A stretch of DNA of 64,000 nt from an uncultured bacterium. Its GTDB lineage: Bacteria > Fidelibacterota > Marinisomatia > Marinisomatales > JAHJCW01. The stretch lies in assembly GCA_964634215.1 (NCBI GenBank), contig CAZWKR010000006.1, forward strand, positions 79,607 to 143,606, written 5' to 3'. Of this stretch, positions 18,549-27,408 are shown one piece after another (positions within the stretch are counted from its first letter, which is position 1; each line of letters begins with the position of its first letter). The notes under the pieces are model-generated. The model searched no databases, was not told the origin of the DNA, and saw only the letters and a program-made list of their open reading frames with translations. The position numbers were made by a program, and so were the translations under genes.

Positions 18549-18818
18549 TTATTGGACGAAATTTTCGCCTTCTTCTTGTTTAACTTTTAAATAAAATTCA
18601 CAGACATCGCAACTTTCAACCATTTTCAGTTGGATGCATGTCGGTTCACCATCTTGATAAGTTCCTGAAACATGCCAACAATATCTTCCACCAAACATTC
18701 CACCATTAATACCATTAAAAGATTTATATTGTACAGAGTGACATTTTCCATATTTGTCGACATTTGCTCCACCGTGTTCTCTACCGCATTGGTTAAAATC
18801 CCAACAGTTCATTTTCAT
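18549..18818 (-). CDS. stand-alone Cys-rich two-CW-domain-like protein
   Basis: 89 aa. 'NCWDFNQCGRE...GGRYCWHVSGT...CDVCEF' resembles the two-CW domain pattern (NCW..CGR / GR.CW) as I recall it. 21 nt upstream of the OFOR delta gene. Confidence 0.6.
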   Translation of the reverse strand: MKMNCWDFNQCGREHGGANVDKYGKCHSVQYKSFNGINGGMFGGRYCWHVSGTYQDGEPTCIQLKMVESCDVCEFYLKVKQEEGENFVQ

Positions 18819-19082
18819 GATTTACTCCGTATTATATTTTTTAATGAATACAGATTTATATTATATCTATCATATTTAGATGTTAAGATTCGAAGTTTTG
18901 GGCAGGGTAATAGTGAATTATAATTTAGTAAAAGCACAGTGTATTCTTTAGATATTCTATAGTGTATCCTTGAACGTTGCAGTTTAAATTAATAATAATT
19001 TTTATTAATGGGTATAGTAGATTCTATTATCTTAAATATATTCAAATGAAATTAGTGAAAAATATTCTATATATTAAAAGTA

Positions 19083-20102
19083 TTATTTAAACAAAGAAGC
19101 TGTGGGATTCTCAAATCCGTAAGTGACATAGTAATTTGCTTTATCAAAGAAGTAATTGACTTGCCACATAAAATCCAGAACTTGATACATTGCTATTGAT
19201 TTTTTCCAGATACTACGATTTGCTAGTACATGTACAAATATATGTTTTCTTGTAAGACTTAAGGCACTTAGAACTTCAGATAATTTAAATCCTTGTTCGC
19301 ATCGCTGCTGTCCTACATTAGTATAATAATCCCAAATATGTTTTTTTTGTCCTTTAGGTGTAGTCATCCAATCACTGAATTGCGATATAACAGTGTGAGC
19401 TCTTTCATATAGAATGTCTCGTGAATATTTAGCATATTTAGTAGTACTTTTGTGGGAGCATACCTCGGTAACCCAGTTTTCAGTGATGATCTGTGAATCT
19501 TTGCTGATTATTTTATATAATGAATCTGTAGGTAAATCAAGTTTTGATTTTTCCCGCTTGCCATCAATATTTTTAAATGAATCTTCCATATTCCATAAGT
19601 CTTGATGACTTTTAATATAGCGTTTAACAGCTCGCCGATTAGCATGAAACGGTAGTTTTGGTAAATCAAAAATGGGAAAAAATTTTGCATCTCGCGCATC
19701 GTCACCAGCTAATACTTTACCCGACTTCCAATCGATTTCAAAAGTCACCCAAATTAGATCGCCATATACATCATTGTAGCGTGAATGTGTGTCTAGCAGA
19801 CGCAATACTTTACCTTTAATTCCCGTTTCTTCTTTTAACTCGCGCTTAACAGCTTTTTCTATTGATTCATTAAGCTCAACAAATCCCGAAGGTAAACACC
19901 ATTGTCCAGCATATGGATCGCGATCACGTAATACCAATAAAATTTCACGCTTCTTATTTGGTACAACAGCGGACACGACCGGTAATGGATTGTCATAAAA
20001 GATTGTATCACAATTGGGACAAAAATCGCGTGGACGATTCTCGATTTTTTTTCGGGTTATTTTAGATTTACACTTTGGACAATATTTTCGTTGAATTGTC
20101 AT
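19083..20102 (-). CDS. Zn-ribbon + Nudix hydrolase + C-terminal helical (RsbRD_N-like?) domain fusion
   Basis: 339 aa. 'CPKCKS...CPNCD'. Nudix box 'GQWCLPSGFVELNESIEKAVKRELKEETGI'. The C-terminal ~170 aa contains 'RCEQGFKLSEVLSALSLTRKHI'. Confidence 0.75.
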   Translation of the reverse strand: MTIQRKYCPKCKSKITRKKIENRPRDFCPNCDTIFYDNPLPVVSAVVPNKKREILLVLRDRDPYAGQWCLPSGFVELNESIEKAVKRELKEETGIKGKVLRLLDTHSRYNDVYGDLIWVTFEIDWKSGKVLAGDDARDAKFFPIFDLPKLPFHANRRAVKRYIKSHQDLWNMEDSFKNIDGKREKSKLDLPTDSLYKIISKDSQIITENWVTEVCSHKSTTKYAKYSRDILYERAHTVISQFSDWMTTPKGQKKHIWDYYTNVGQQRCEQGFKLSEVLSALSLTRKHIFVHVLANRSIWKKSIAMYQVLDFMWQVNYFFDKANYYVTYGFENPTASLFK

Positions 20103-20106
20103 TGTA

Positions 20107-20958
20107 CTACCCTATTTTATTACGACATCTAAAAATTGCATCATCTTTGTTTAAGACATATTTCCCGATCTTATTGATTTTTGTGCTGATAGTATCCCTT
20201 AATTTGTCATCAAATTTTTTAGTTTTTATAAAATCTACATAATCATTATGATGAATTAAGGAAGTCTTCTTGAACTCTAGTAAATTAAATAGGTTGTCAA
20301 TGTCATCACTATAAAATTCTAGGTTATTATGATATTCTATTTTTTCTATCTCTGTAAAATAGGGCTGCAATAATTCAAAACCATTTTCAGCGTTAAAATT
20401 ATCTAGAACTTGTTCTGATCCAAGTTCATCCCAAGTTGATTTATGATCAATGTTTAATACAATTTGTAAATCTTTAAGTAACTCTCTTAACGAATTTGTT
20501 GAGTGGGTGATGGTAATGAACAATCCGTCGGATTTTAATTTATTTATGATAATTGGTAAAGTGTCAATGAAAAAATATAATGAAAAATTACATAGGATCA
20601 GATCAAAATAATTATCAGGGAATTCATAAATCTTGTCAGCATTTCCGCATATATATTTACCGGAAAATCCTGCTGTATTTGTAGTATTAAGAAAAGGAAT
20701 GCGATTACTTTCTAATGGATCAATTCCAACATATTCAGAATCTTTTGGGACTATTTTATCTAAATAATTAATACACCTGCCATAACCACAACCAATATCC
20801 GCAACCGAAATTTTATCGGTGAAAGAAAGTCCCTTATATACAATTGAGCCAAGCGGAATTTGGTTAGTAGAATGTTCAAGAATAATATTGCCGATACGTT
20901 GGTGTAATCTTACTCGACCAAAGGTCTTGTCCAATTTATCTATCGGTATATTATTCAT
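20107..20958 (-). CDS. class I SAM-dependent methyltransferase
   Basis: 283 aa. Motif I 'VADIGCGYGR', post-I 'YVGIDP', 'FDLILCNFSL'. 4 nt upstream of the Nudix gene. Confidence 0.75.
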   Translation of the reverse strand: MNNIPIDKLDKTFGRVRLHQRIGNIILEHSTNQIPLGSIVYKGLSFTDKISVADIGCGYGRCINYLDKIVPKDSEYVGIDPLESNRIPFLNTTNTAGFSGKYICGNADKIYEFPDNYFDLILCNFSLYFFIDTLPIIINKLKSDGLFITITHSTNSLRELLKDLQIVLNIDHKSTWDELGSEQVLDNFNAENGFELLQPYFTEIEKIEYHNNLEFYSDDIDNLFNLLEFKKTSLIHHNDYVDFIKTKKFDDKLRDTISTKINKIGKYVLNKDDAIFRCRNKIG

Positions 20959-21201
20959 TAAACAATAGTTATTTTACTTGATGAATATTACTAACTAACC
21001 AAATAAAGTATCCTATAATTTCTGAATTCCTTTACAAGATGCTTGAGTAATTGAATAATACTAATTATTGTATATAAGATAAAAAGAGTGTTATATCTTG
21101 ATAAAAAACATCTGTTTCACTAATTTTTACTACTCTTGACTCACTTTTACTTATAACGCAGGCAAACTACTCCATTTTTTAACTAAGAAGGAGGTAAGGA
21201 A

Positions 21202-23499
21202 ATGAAAAGATCATTCCTGAAATACGCCGTTTTATTGTTTTCAATTCTTTTTATTATATCTAACTACACCTGTAAAAAATCTATTACAGAATCTACACTA
21301 GAAGGAACAAAAGTAATTGCTTCTGATGGCGCTATTCTTATAAGCGATGACGGACTACTCACACTGACAATAGCACCCAATGCCTTAGATGATGACACTT
21401 ACATTAATATTGAAGTAGTTGTGGAAGCAGATTATCCCGCTGGTATAGATAGTATGTACATCGTCGGTGAGGTATATGATTTTCAACCGGATGGTTTGGA
21501 ATTGAATATCCCTGCTATCGTTGAGATTGAGATGCCCGAAAATGAAGTAACAAGTATTGTCGAAGACGGAGAGTATCCATTTATTAGTGGTTTTTCACTT
21601 ACATCTGAGGGAGTTTACAGTCTTATCGATAGTTCAACCGTAATTTATAATATTTCAGATAGTACAGCTAAATATTCGGGTCAAATTGAACATTTCAGTT
21701 ACTATTGTAAGACAGATAGGGTATTTGATTATTTTTCAGGTAGTTTAGATAAACCTCCAACTGAACTTGGTATTATATCTATAGAAATTAACTTAGGTCC
21801 ATTTGAATCTTCTGTTGATATTCCGCAGCAGGTTACTGCTAAGGTCAAAAATTGGACAAGTGTTGCGATGCAATTTAATTTTCTAAATCACGTTGGTGTT
21901 TCACCTGTGCAATGGCAACCTTTGTTTGGTTCTGTGTCAGTGATAGCTTCAGGGGGGGCTGCACCATATACTCATCCTAGCAAATGGACATGTAAGGTCG
22001 CAGGTGGAGACATGATATTTATGCAGAGTGGGGCAACGTGGGAAAATCCATCACTAAATCCATCTGGAAATCGGAATTATCAAAAAGCGATGATGTTTTT
22101 CGAACATAAAGTCAAATGTATTGCAGATGATGGTGACGATGAAGATTCTGACGGAGATGGAGTACTTGACGGAGATGACAATTGTCCGTATATAGCAAAT
22201 CCTCCTCAACAAGATTTCGATGGTGATGGACATGGAGATGCCTGCGATAATTGTCCATTGGAAGAAAATCCTGATCAGCTAGATGGTGATTTTGATGAAT
22301 ATGGGGATACCTGCGATAATTGTCCCGAGGATTATAATCCTGACCAAGTAGATAGCGATAATGATGGTATAGGTGATGTTTGTGATGAAGATGATAGCGA
22401 AGATTCGGATGGTGATGGTATTTTGGATATTAATGACAATTGTCCTAATATAGCAAATCCCCCTCAACAAGATTTTGATGGTGATGGAGTTGGCGATGCC
22501 TGCGACAATTGTCCGTTAGAAGAGAATTCCCCTCAACAAGATTTCGATGGTGATGGACATGGCGATGCCTGCGATAATTGTTCATTGGAAGAGAATCCTG
22601 ATCAAACAGATGGTGATGATGATGGAATAGGTGATATTTGTGATAATTGCCCCGATGATTCCAATGCTGATCAAGCAGATGCAGATGGTAATGGAATCGG
22701 TGATGCATGTGATGGCGCTACTAACTGTGGTGATGATAATTTAATAGAATTAATGCAGCCCTATTATAACTTTTTTGGATTTGAACCATGCAGTGCAGTG
22801 GAACCCAGGATACCCTATGTTTCTATTCCAAATACCAAGACTTCCGGTGATCCATTTTATACGGCTAATGATCAAACAACTACATATGGTTGGGGATATG
22901 TGCCGCAAGTGATTGATCATACTCTATGGGGTCCTGGGGATCCGGCGGCTCTACCTTTTAATAATGGACCACCAGCTGAGATTGGTGTTTACTCGTGGGA
23001 TGGTACCCAGTATGCACAAAAGTTGTTGTCTACTCAGAATCCATATACTGAAGAAAATTGGGTGATATTCTTTAATGTAATGGAACAAGACATTCCACCT
23101 GCTGATTCTGATAATCAATATCAATATGGATTTGTTTTTGATAGGGACGGTGATACTAATAATAATTATCAACCGCACCCTGATTATGCTAATGATTTCT
23201 TCAAAGATACTGATTTTTGGATAGTAGGTTATTATCATCCCGATTATGGATGGGGTTTAACAGTTAATGATGCGACAAATGGAGTTATTACAACAGCGAC
23301 TTCAGCGGCAAAGATGCTTATTTCGGGCAATACGATCATAGTATTTATTCCTCGAAGTGAGTTCCCCGCACAAAATATTGGATATAGGGTAACAGCCTTT
23401 GGGCATGATGGTTCATGGGCGGATGACGCTAATGCCGGCGCTGATACCCAACCTTCCGTAGCTGATGGATTGAAATGGGTAGATATTGGACCTGAATAA
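21202..23499 (+). CDS. lipoprotein with thrombospondin type-3 (TSP3) Ca-binding repeats
   Basis: 765 aa. Signal and lipobox-like 'FIISNYTC'. Shine-Dalgarno AAGGAGG about 8 nt upstream. About 9 copies of 'DNCPxxxNxxQxDxDxDGxGDxCD'. Confidence 0.8.
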   Translation: MKRSFLKYAVLLFSILFIISNYTCKKSITESTLEGTKVIASDGAILISDDGLLTLTIAPNALDDDTYINIEVVVEADYPAGIDSMYIVGEVYDFQPDGLELNIPAIVEIEMPENEVTSIVEDGEYPFISGFSLTSEGVYSLIDSSTVIYNISDSTAKYSGQIEHFSYYCKTDRVFDYFSGSLDKPPTELGIISIEINLGPFESSVDIPQQVTAKVKNWTSVAMQFNFLNHVGVSPVQWQPLFGSVSVIASGGAAPYTHPSKWTCKVAGGDMIFMQSGATWENPSLNPSGNRNYQKAMMFFEHKVKCIADDGDDEDSDGDGVLDGDDNCPYIANPPQQDFDGDGHGDACDNCPLEENPDQLDGDFDEYGDTCDNCPEDYNPDQVDSDNDGIGDVCDEDDSEDSDGDGILDINDNCPNIANPPQQDFDGDGVGDACDNCPLEENSPQQDFDGDGHGDACDNCSLEENPDQTDGDDDGIGDICDNCPDDSNADQADADGNGIGDACDGATNCGDDNLIELMQPYYNFFGFEPCSAVEPRIPYVSIPNTKTSGDPFYTANDQTTTYGWGYVPQVIDHTLWGPGDPAALPFNNGPPAEIGVYSWDGTQYAQKLLSTQNPYTEENWVIFFNVMEQDIPPADSDNQYQYGFVFDRDGDTNNNYQPHPDYANDFFKDTDFWIVGYYHPDYGWGLTVNDATNGVITTATSAAKMLISGNTIIVFIPRSEFPAQNIGYRVTAFGHDGSWADDANAGADTQPSVADGLKWVDIGPE
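22135..22720 (+). repeat. in-frame tandem TSP3 repeat DNA
   Basis: Repeated ~70-110 nt units, e.g. 'aatcctcctcaacaagatttcgatggtgatggacatggagatgcctgcgataattgtcc' recurring with few changes. Confidence 0.8.
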
Positions 23500-23512
23500 A
23501 TAATAGAGGGAA

Positions 23513-23549
23513 AAAGAAAGCCACCTCATATAAGGTGGCTTTCTTTTTT
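23513..23549. terminator. bidirectional rho-independent terminator between convergent genes
   Basis: Perfect 14-bp stem AAAGAAAGCCACCT / AGGTGGCTTTCTTT with loop CATATA. It is flanked by an A-run and a T-run. Confidence 0.75.
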
Positions 23550-23573
23550 ATATGAAACAGTTAGTGTCTATGT

Positions 23574-25085
23574 TTAAATAATACCGCCTAAAAAGAACCC
23601 AAGAACTAGTAATATGCCAACTGTTAGATGTGTACCAATATGTGTAACATTTACCGGCAATAGTTCATATGGTAATATTTGTCTGTTTGCATCTTTGCTT
23701 GACCATTTATCTAACCACTCTTCGCCTGATTTTATCCCTTTTCTAACTAGTAAAAATGGGATAAGAGCTAATAACACCCAAGGACTAGAAATTTGCGAGT
23801 AAAAGAAACCAGCAACTCCTAATACAATTATGTACAAAAAGGTAATGTAAATGGATATTTTATAAACTTTAAATGGTTTCGCAAAATTTGCAATGTCATC
23901 GCCTTCAGCAAGGCGTACAACCCATGTTCGTTTGCCAACTGCGCGATCTGCAACATAATCTTGAAATCCATTAATGAATAGGACTAATCCAATCAAAATT
24001 GCTACCGGAATAGATGCTATAATTGCCGGATGATATTGCCAAACTTCCATTGGTATTAATGCCTGTTTTTGAACATAATGTGTTCCTAATGCCATTACCG
24101 GACCAAAGCCAAGCATCACAGCAATATCACCAAGCCCATGATAGCTTAATCTAAATGGATTAGCAGTATAGAATATTCCTAAAGCAACTCCGGTAATACC
24201 TATCCATAATAGTGGACTTAATGCAAAATATGCTCCATGCAGATTTGTGTTAAGCGTGAGACCAATCCATACGACACCCGTAAATAATGCGATTGCATAT
24301 ACAAATGCTTGTGTGGGCGACATTAATCCTGCCTGAATTACTCGCGATCCACCGTTGAACGGACTGAATAATTTATTTACTTCATCATTACGAGTTATGT
24401 GATCGGAATAATCATTAGCAACATTTGTACCGGCATGAGCAAGTATCGCACCTAAGAGTGATAACCAAAAGTACGGCCAATGAAAGACTCCTGTTTGATA
24501 ATAAAATACAGAAGCACCAAGTGCAACAGGTACGATGGTTGCCGTAAAGAATGGTGCGCGCATTTCGCGGAAGTATAAGCCAACTTTTTTAAGGAATTTG
24601 CCGGCAATACTTGATAAGAGTGATTTTTGATTTTGCGGGAATTCTTTCCATTCAAATTGAGGGTCTGAATAAAAATCCACACACTTAATTACTGTGGGTA
24701 CAATTTTATAATATCCGGTAATTTTATTCTTTTGCAGGAATTCATCATCCATTTGATTTTGAAAAGCTTTTGTAACGGATAAGATATTTTGTTTTGCTTT
24801 TTCCGCTTCATCCGCATCTTTTATTTGATGTGCATAGCCCGTGATCTGCAATTCTTTAATTCCTTCCTCACCATCCGGACGGACTACACATTGTACTTCA
24901 GGATTAACGCGAATCTGTTCGGCTTTCCGCGTTGGATTGAATGTGAAAAAGTAAATATCAAATCCATCATTATAATAGTAGATATTGGCTGCTGATGGAT
25001 TGCCACCAACTGCTGTAGCAAGAGTAAGTACACTCCCTTTATTCAGCATATCCAATATCTTTTTATCTAAATTATCTTGTGCCAT
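23574..25085 (-). CDS. PNPOx-like FMN-binding domain fused to UbiA/MenA-family prenyltransferase
   Basis: 503 aa. N-terminal ~150 aa 'SVLTLATAVGGNPSAANIYYY...' (split-barrel flavoprotein-like). Then about 8 TM segments with the Asp-rich motif 'NVANDYSDHITRNDE'. Confidence 0.75.
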   Translation of the reverse strand: MAQDNLDKKILDMLNKGSVLTLATAVGGNPSAANIYYYNDGFDIYFFTFNPTRKAEQIRVNPEVQCVVRPDGEEGIKELQITGYAHQIKDADEAEKAKQNILSVTKAFQNQMDDEFLQKNKITGYYKIVPTVIKCVDFYSDPQFEWKEFPQNQKSLLSSIAGKFLKKVGLYFREMRAPFFTATIVPVALGASVFYYQTGVFHWPYFWLSLLGAILAHAGTNVANDYSDHITRNDEVNKLFSPFNGGSRVIQAGLMSPTQAFVYAIALFTGVVWIGLTLNTNLHGAYFALSPLLWIGITGVALGIFYTANPFRLSYHGLGDIAVMLGFGPVMALGTHYVQKQALIPMEVWQYHPAIIASIPVAILIGLVLFINGFQDYVADRAVGKRTWVVRLAEGDDIANFAKPFKVYKISIYITFLYIIVLGVAGFFYSQISSPWVLLALIPFLLVRKGIKSGEEWLDKWSSKDANRQILPYELLPVNVTHIGTHLTVGILLVLGFFLGGII

Positions 25086-25116
25086 TTTCTATCCTTTTAT
25101 TGATTGTCATTTTAAA

Positions 25117-25761
25117 TTATTTTATTGATAAACCTGTTTTGAGCGTTCCTACAATTTCATTTATCCAATTATTATTTTCTTTAGTAATGTGCGATTGTGG
25201 ATCAAATAGATCCAAATAATGAGTTTGTAAAATTCTGTTAAGAACACTTTCTAAGAGAAAGGCTGTAGTACTTGGATTAAGTTCATTGTTGAGTTCATTC
25301 CTGTCAATCCCTTCAATAACAAATTTTTCGAGATACCTAACAGCCTCAGTGTGCAATTCTCGAATTATCTTTTTACCCTGTGGTGAATCATCGCTGTTCA
25401 ACAAACGGAAATAGATTCGTGCTAAGCGCGGATGCTTATTTATAAATGCTACACCAGAATTGATGATCTTACTAAAACGAGTAAAAAAATCATTGTTCTC
25501 GGATTCATCACGTACTTTTGACAAATAAGATTTTACTTCACGTAGAGCAATTGCATAAATATGATCGAATAGCAGATTTTTTGATTTGAAATAATTGAAT
25601 AAAGAACCCTTAGAAATTCCGGCTTTTTCCACAATTTTATTGACACTGGCATTCTTAAATCCGTTATTGGCAAACTCATTAACGGATGCGTCAATTATGG
25701 ATTTCTGCTTGGAATCCGCTAACTGCTCAAACTTATTTGTGCTTGTATTTGCTGAATTCAT
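25117..25761 (-). CDS. TetR/AcrR-family transcriptional regulator
   Basis: 214 aa. HTH 'NASVNKIVEKAGISKGSLFNYFKSKNLLF'. 31 nt upstream of the PNPOx-UbiA gene. Confidence 0.85.
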   Translation of the reverse strand: MNSANTSTNKFEQLADSKQKSIIDASVNEFANNGFKNASVNKIVEKAGISKGSLFNYFKSKNLLFDHIYAIALREVKSYLSKVRDESENNDFFTRFSKIINSGVAFINKHPRLARIYFRLLNSDDSPQGKKIIRELHTEAVRYLEKFVIEGIDRNELNNELNPSTTAFLLESVLNRILQTHYLDLFDPQSHITKENNNWINEIVGTLKTGLSIK

Positions 25762-25776
25762 CAGCGGAATTTAAAC

Positions 25777-25800
25777 AATAATGACCGGGTGGTCATTATT
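25777..25800. promoter_or_regulatory. perfect 10-4-10 palindrome: HNH-gene terminator and/or TetR operator
   Basis: AATAATGACC-GGGT-GGTCATTATT. It lies 36 nt after the HNH stop and 16 nt upstream of the TetR start. Confidence 0.45.
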
Positions 25801-25835
25801 TAATTATAGAAGTTTGTAAAAGAGTTAAAATTATT

Positions 25836-26738
25836 TTAGATAGTTAGGAATTTATTATAACGTTTACTTAATCTATCTTTATCTGGCCAATCAGATTTGT
25901 TGTGTGGTAAAACCAACTTCTTATTATTCAGGGATTGTAATCCATATTTTAGCATTGGTCCATCAATTTCTTCTAAAATATCTTTTCTAACATTTATATT
26001 ATAATCTGGTGAAACACCAAGTATGTTTGTATCAAATGCAGCATGATGAATTTTACAAAGTGCTAATCCATTTAATACAATAGGTTGTCCGTCCTCTTCA
26101 TTGTCGGGAATGATATGAGCAGCATCAAGTAATTCACGGTGTTTTAAGGTACAAAATGTACATTGTTCATTATATGCACTTAGTACTCTTTCACGAAATG
26201 ATCTTTGATGAATTCTTTGTTTAATTTGTGCAGTGAGATATGATCTTCTATATTCAGCCTGAGCTTCCCTGATAGCATTTACATTTGTATCATTAGCTTG
26301 TATCATGTTATCGACAGCAACTAGAAATGAAAGATTATTTCTATCCTCATTTATCAAATATACAGGCCAAGTTACTAAGTATCTATTTATTTCTATTTGA
26401 TGGAAATATATCAATGGAATTTTTTGATTCATTAAATTACGCAAACCAACGTTTGCATAATGATATGGATCATTACCGCGGTATTTATAAATAAAAATTC
26501 CATTGTCCTCATCTGAATCATCATATGGACCATTTATTATTGTGGTAATTGAGATTGGTAATTCAAGTAACTTGGGTTTCCAAATTCCCTGTGGTCCAAT
26601 CAAAGTAACTCGCTGATTATTATGATAAAAACCATGTGATAGAATATCACGAGATAATACATCACCATACAAATTTGTTTGTTCTTTTAGCCAATCAAAT
26701 GCAGCTAATCTAATTGTGCTATCGGGTATATTAGCCAT
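25836..26738 (-). CDS. HNH endonuclease with N-terminal putative modified-DNA reader domain (type IV restriction-like)
   Basis: 300 aa. HNH region 'CTFCTLKHRELLDAAHIIPD...NGLALCKIHHAAFD'. N-terminal 'YKYRGNDPYHYANVGLRNLMNQKIPLIYFHQ' resembles COG3440-type nucleases (from memory). Confidence 0.7.
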   Translation of the reverse strand: MANIPDSTIRLAAFDWLKEQTNLYGDVLSRDILSHGFYHNNQRVTLIGPQGIWKPKLLELPISITTIINGPYDDSDEDNGIFIYKYRGNDPYHYANVGLRNLMNQKIPLIYFHQIEINRYLVTWPVYLINEDRNNLSFLVAVDNMIQANDTNVNAIREAQAEYRRSYLTAQIKQRIHQRSFRERVLSAYNEQCTFCTLKHRELLDAAHIIPDNEEDGQPIVLNGLALCKIHHAAFDTNILGVSPDYNINVRKDILEEIDGPMLKYGLQSLNNKKLVLPHNKSDWPDKDRLSKRYNKFLTI

Positions 26739-26856
26739 ACAATAAAATATAATTCAATTGTTAGACTTTACAATGAATTAATCAACATCTTTGTCTTGAA
26801 CAAGTCCCGTTGCGTCCACTGCTAAATATTTTCATTATACCGAAGATAAATCGACT

Positions 26857-27327
26857 TTACTTCTCTGCCCATTTCTTTAATTCGCGTTTAATTTTCTTTT
26901 CAATTTTTTCCCCAATTTCTTCCCAGTCTTTATCTTTATGTTCAGATTCATCAAGCCAACTCTTAATGCCTGTACGAACTTTCTCTTCAACTTTTACACC
27001 AATTTCTTCCCATTCTTTTTCTTTTGGACTTTTTTTCTTACAAACGGTCCCTTTGCAGCTACCGCTAAATATTGCCATTGCTCCGAATAGGAATCCAAAG
27101 TTGTACCAACCGCCATTATTATGAACTTCATAAATGGAAATAGTATCTTTGAATAATGATATTATGAAAGTGATAGGTGAGATTAGCCCATGCCATAGAC
27201 CTTGCCAAAATCCGGCGACTTCGCCTTCTTTGGCAACAGTATTTACTAATTCGTTTGCGCCCGCTGTACAAGCTGCTAAAATCAATAAACCAAATGATAA
27301 TAAAATTAATAGGGTCTTTTTATTCAT
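26857..27327 (-). CDS. lipoprotein / membrane protein with charged C-terminal repeat, unknown function
   Basis: 156 aa. Lipobox 'LLILAAC', hydrophobic 'GLWHGLISPITFIISLF', duplicated 'K-x-K-x-WEEIG-x-K-x-E-x-K' motif. Confidence 0.5.
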   Translation of the reverse strand: MNKKTLLILLSFGLLILAACTAGANELVNTVAKEGEVAGFWQGLWHGLISPITFIISLFKDTISIYEVHNNGGWYNFGFLFGAMAIFSGSCKGTVCKKKSPKEKEWEEIGVKVEEKVRTGIKSWLDESEHKDKDWEEIGEKIEKKIKRELKKWAEK

Positions 27328-27408
27328 GATATCCTCCTAGCTAATTAATAAATATTTTTAAACTAGATTACTTAATAATCTTTCCAATAATTCTTTGAAT
27401 TTAGTGAT

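Noticed and set aside
22279-22708. Minus-strand ORFs inside the TSP3 region, including a His-rich 87-aa ORF.
   Set aside because: These are antisense shadows of repeated GAT/GGT/GAC codons. The His and Ile runs mirror the Asp/Gly repeats of the real plus-strand gene.
22135-22720. Regularly spaced DNA repeats that might be mistaken for a CRISPR-like or other non-coding array.
   Set aside because: The repeats are in frame, encode the TSP3 consensus, and lack unique spacers of constant length.
26810-27124. Plus-strand 104-aa ORF overlapping the 156-aa minus-strand gene.
   Set aside because: The minus-strand product has a lipoprotein signal peptide and an internally repeated motif. The plus-strand product is Ser/Phe/Leu-rich low complexity.
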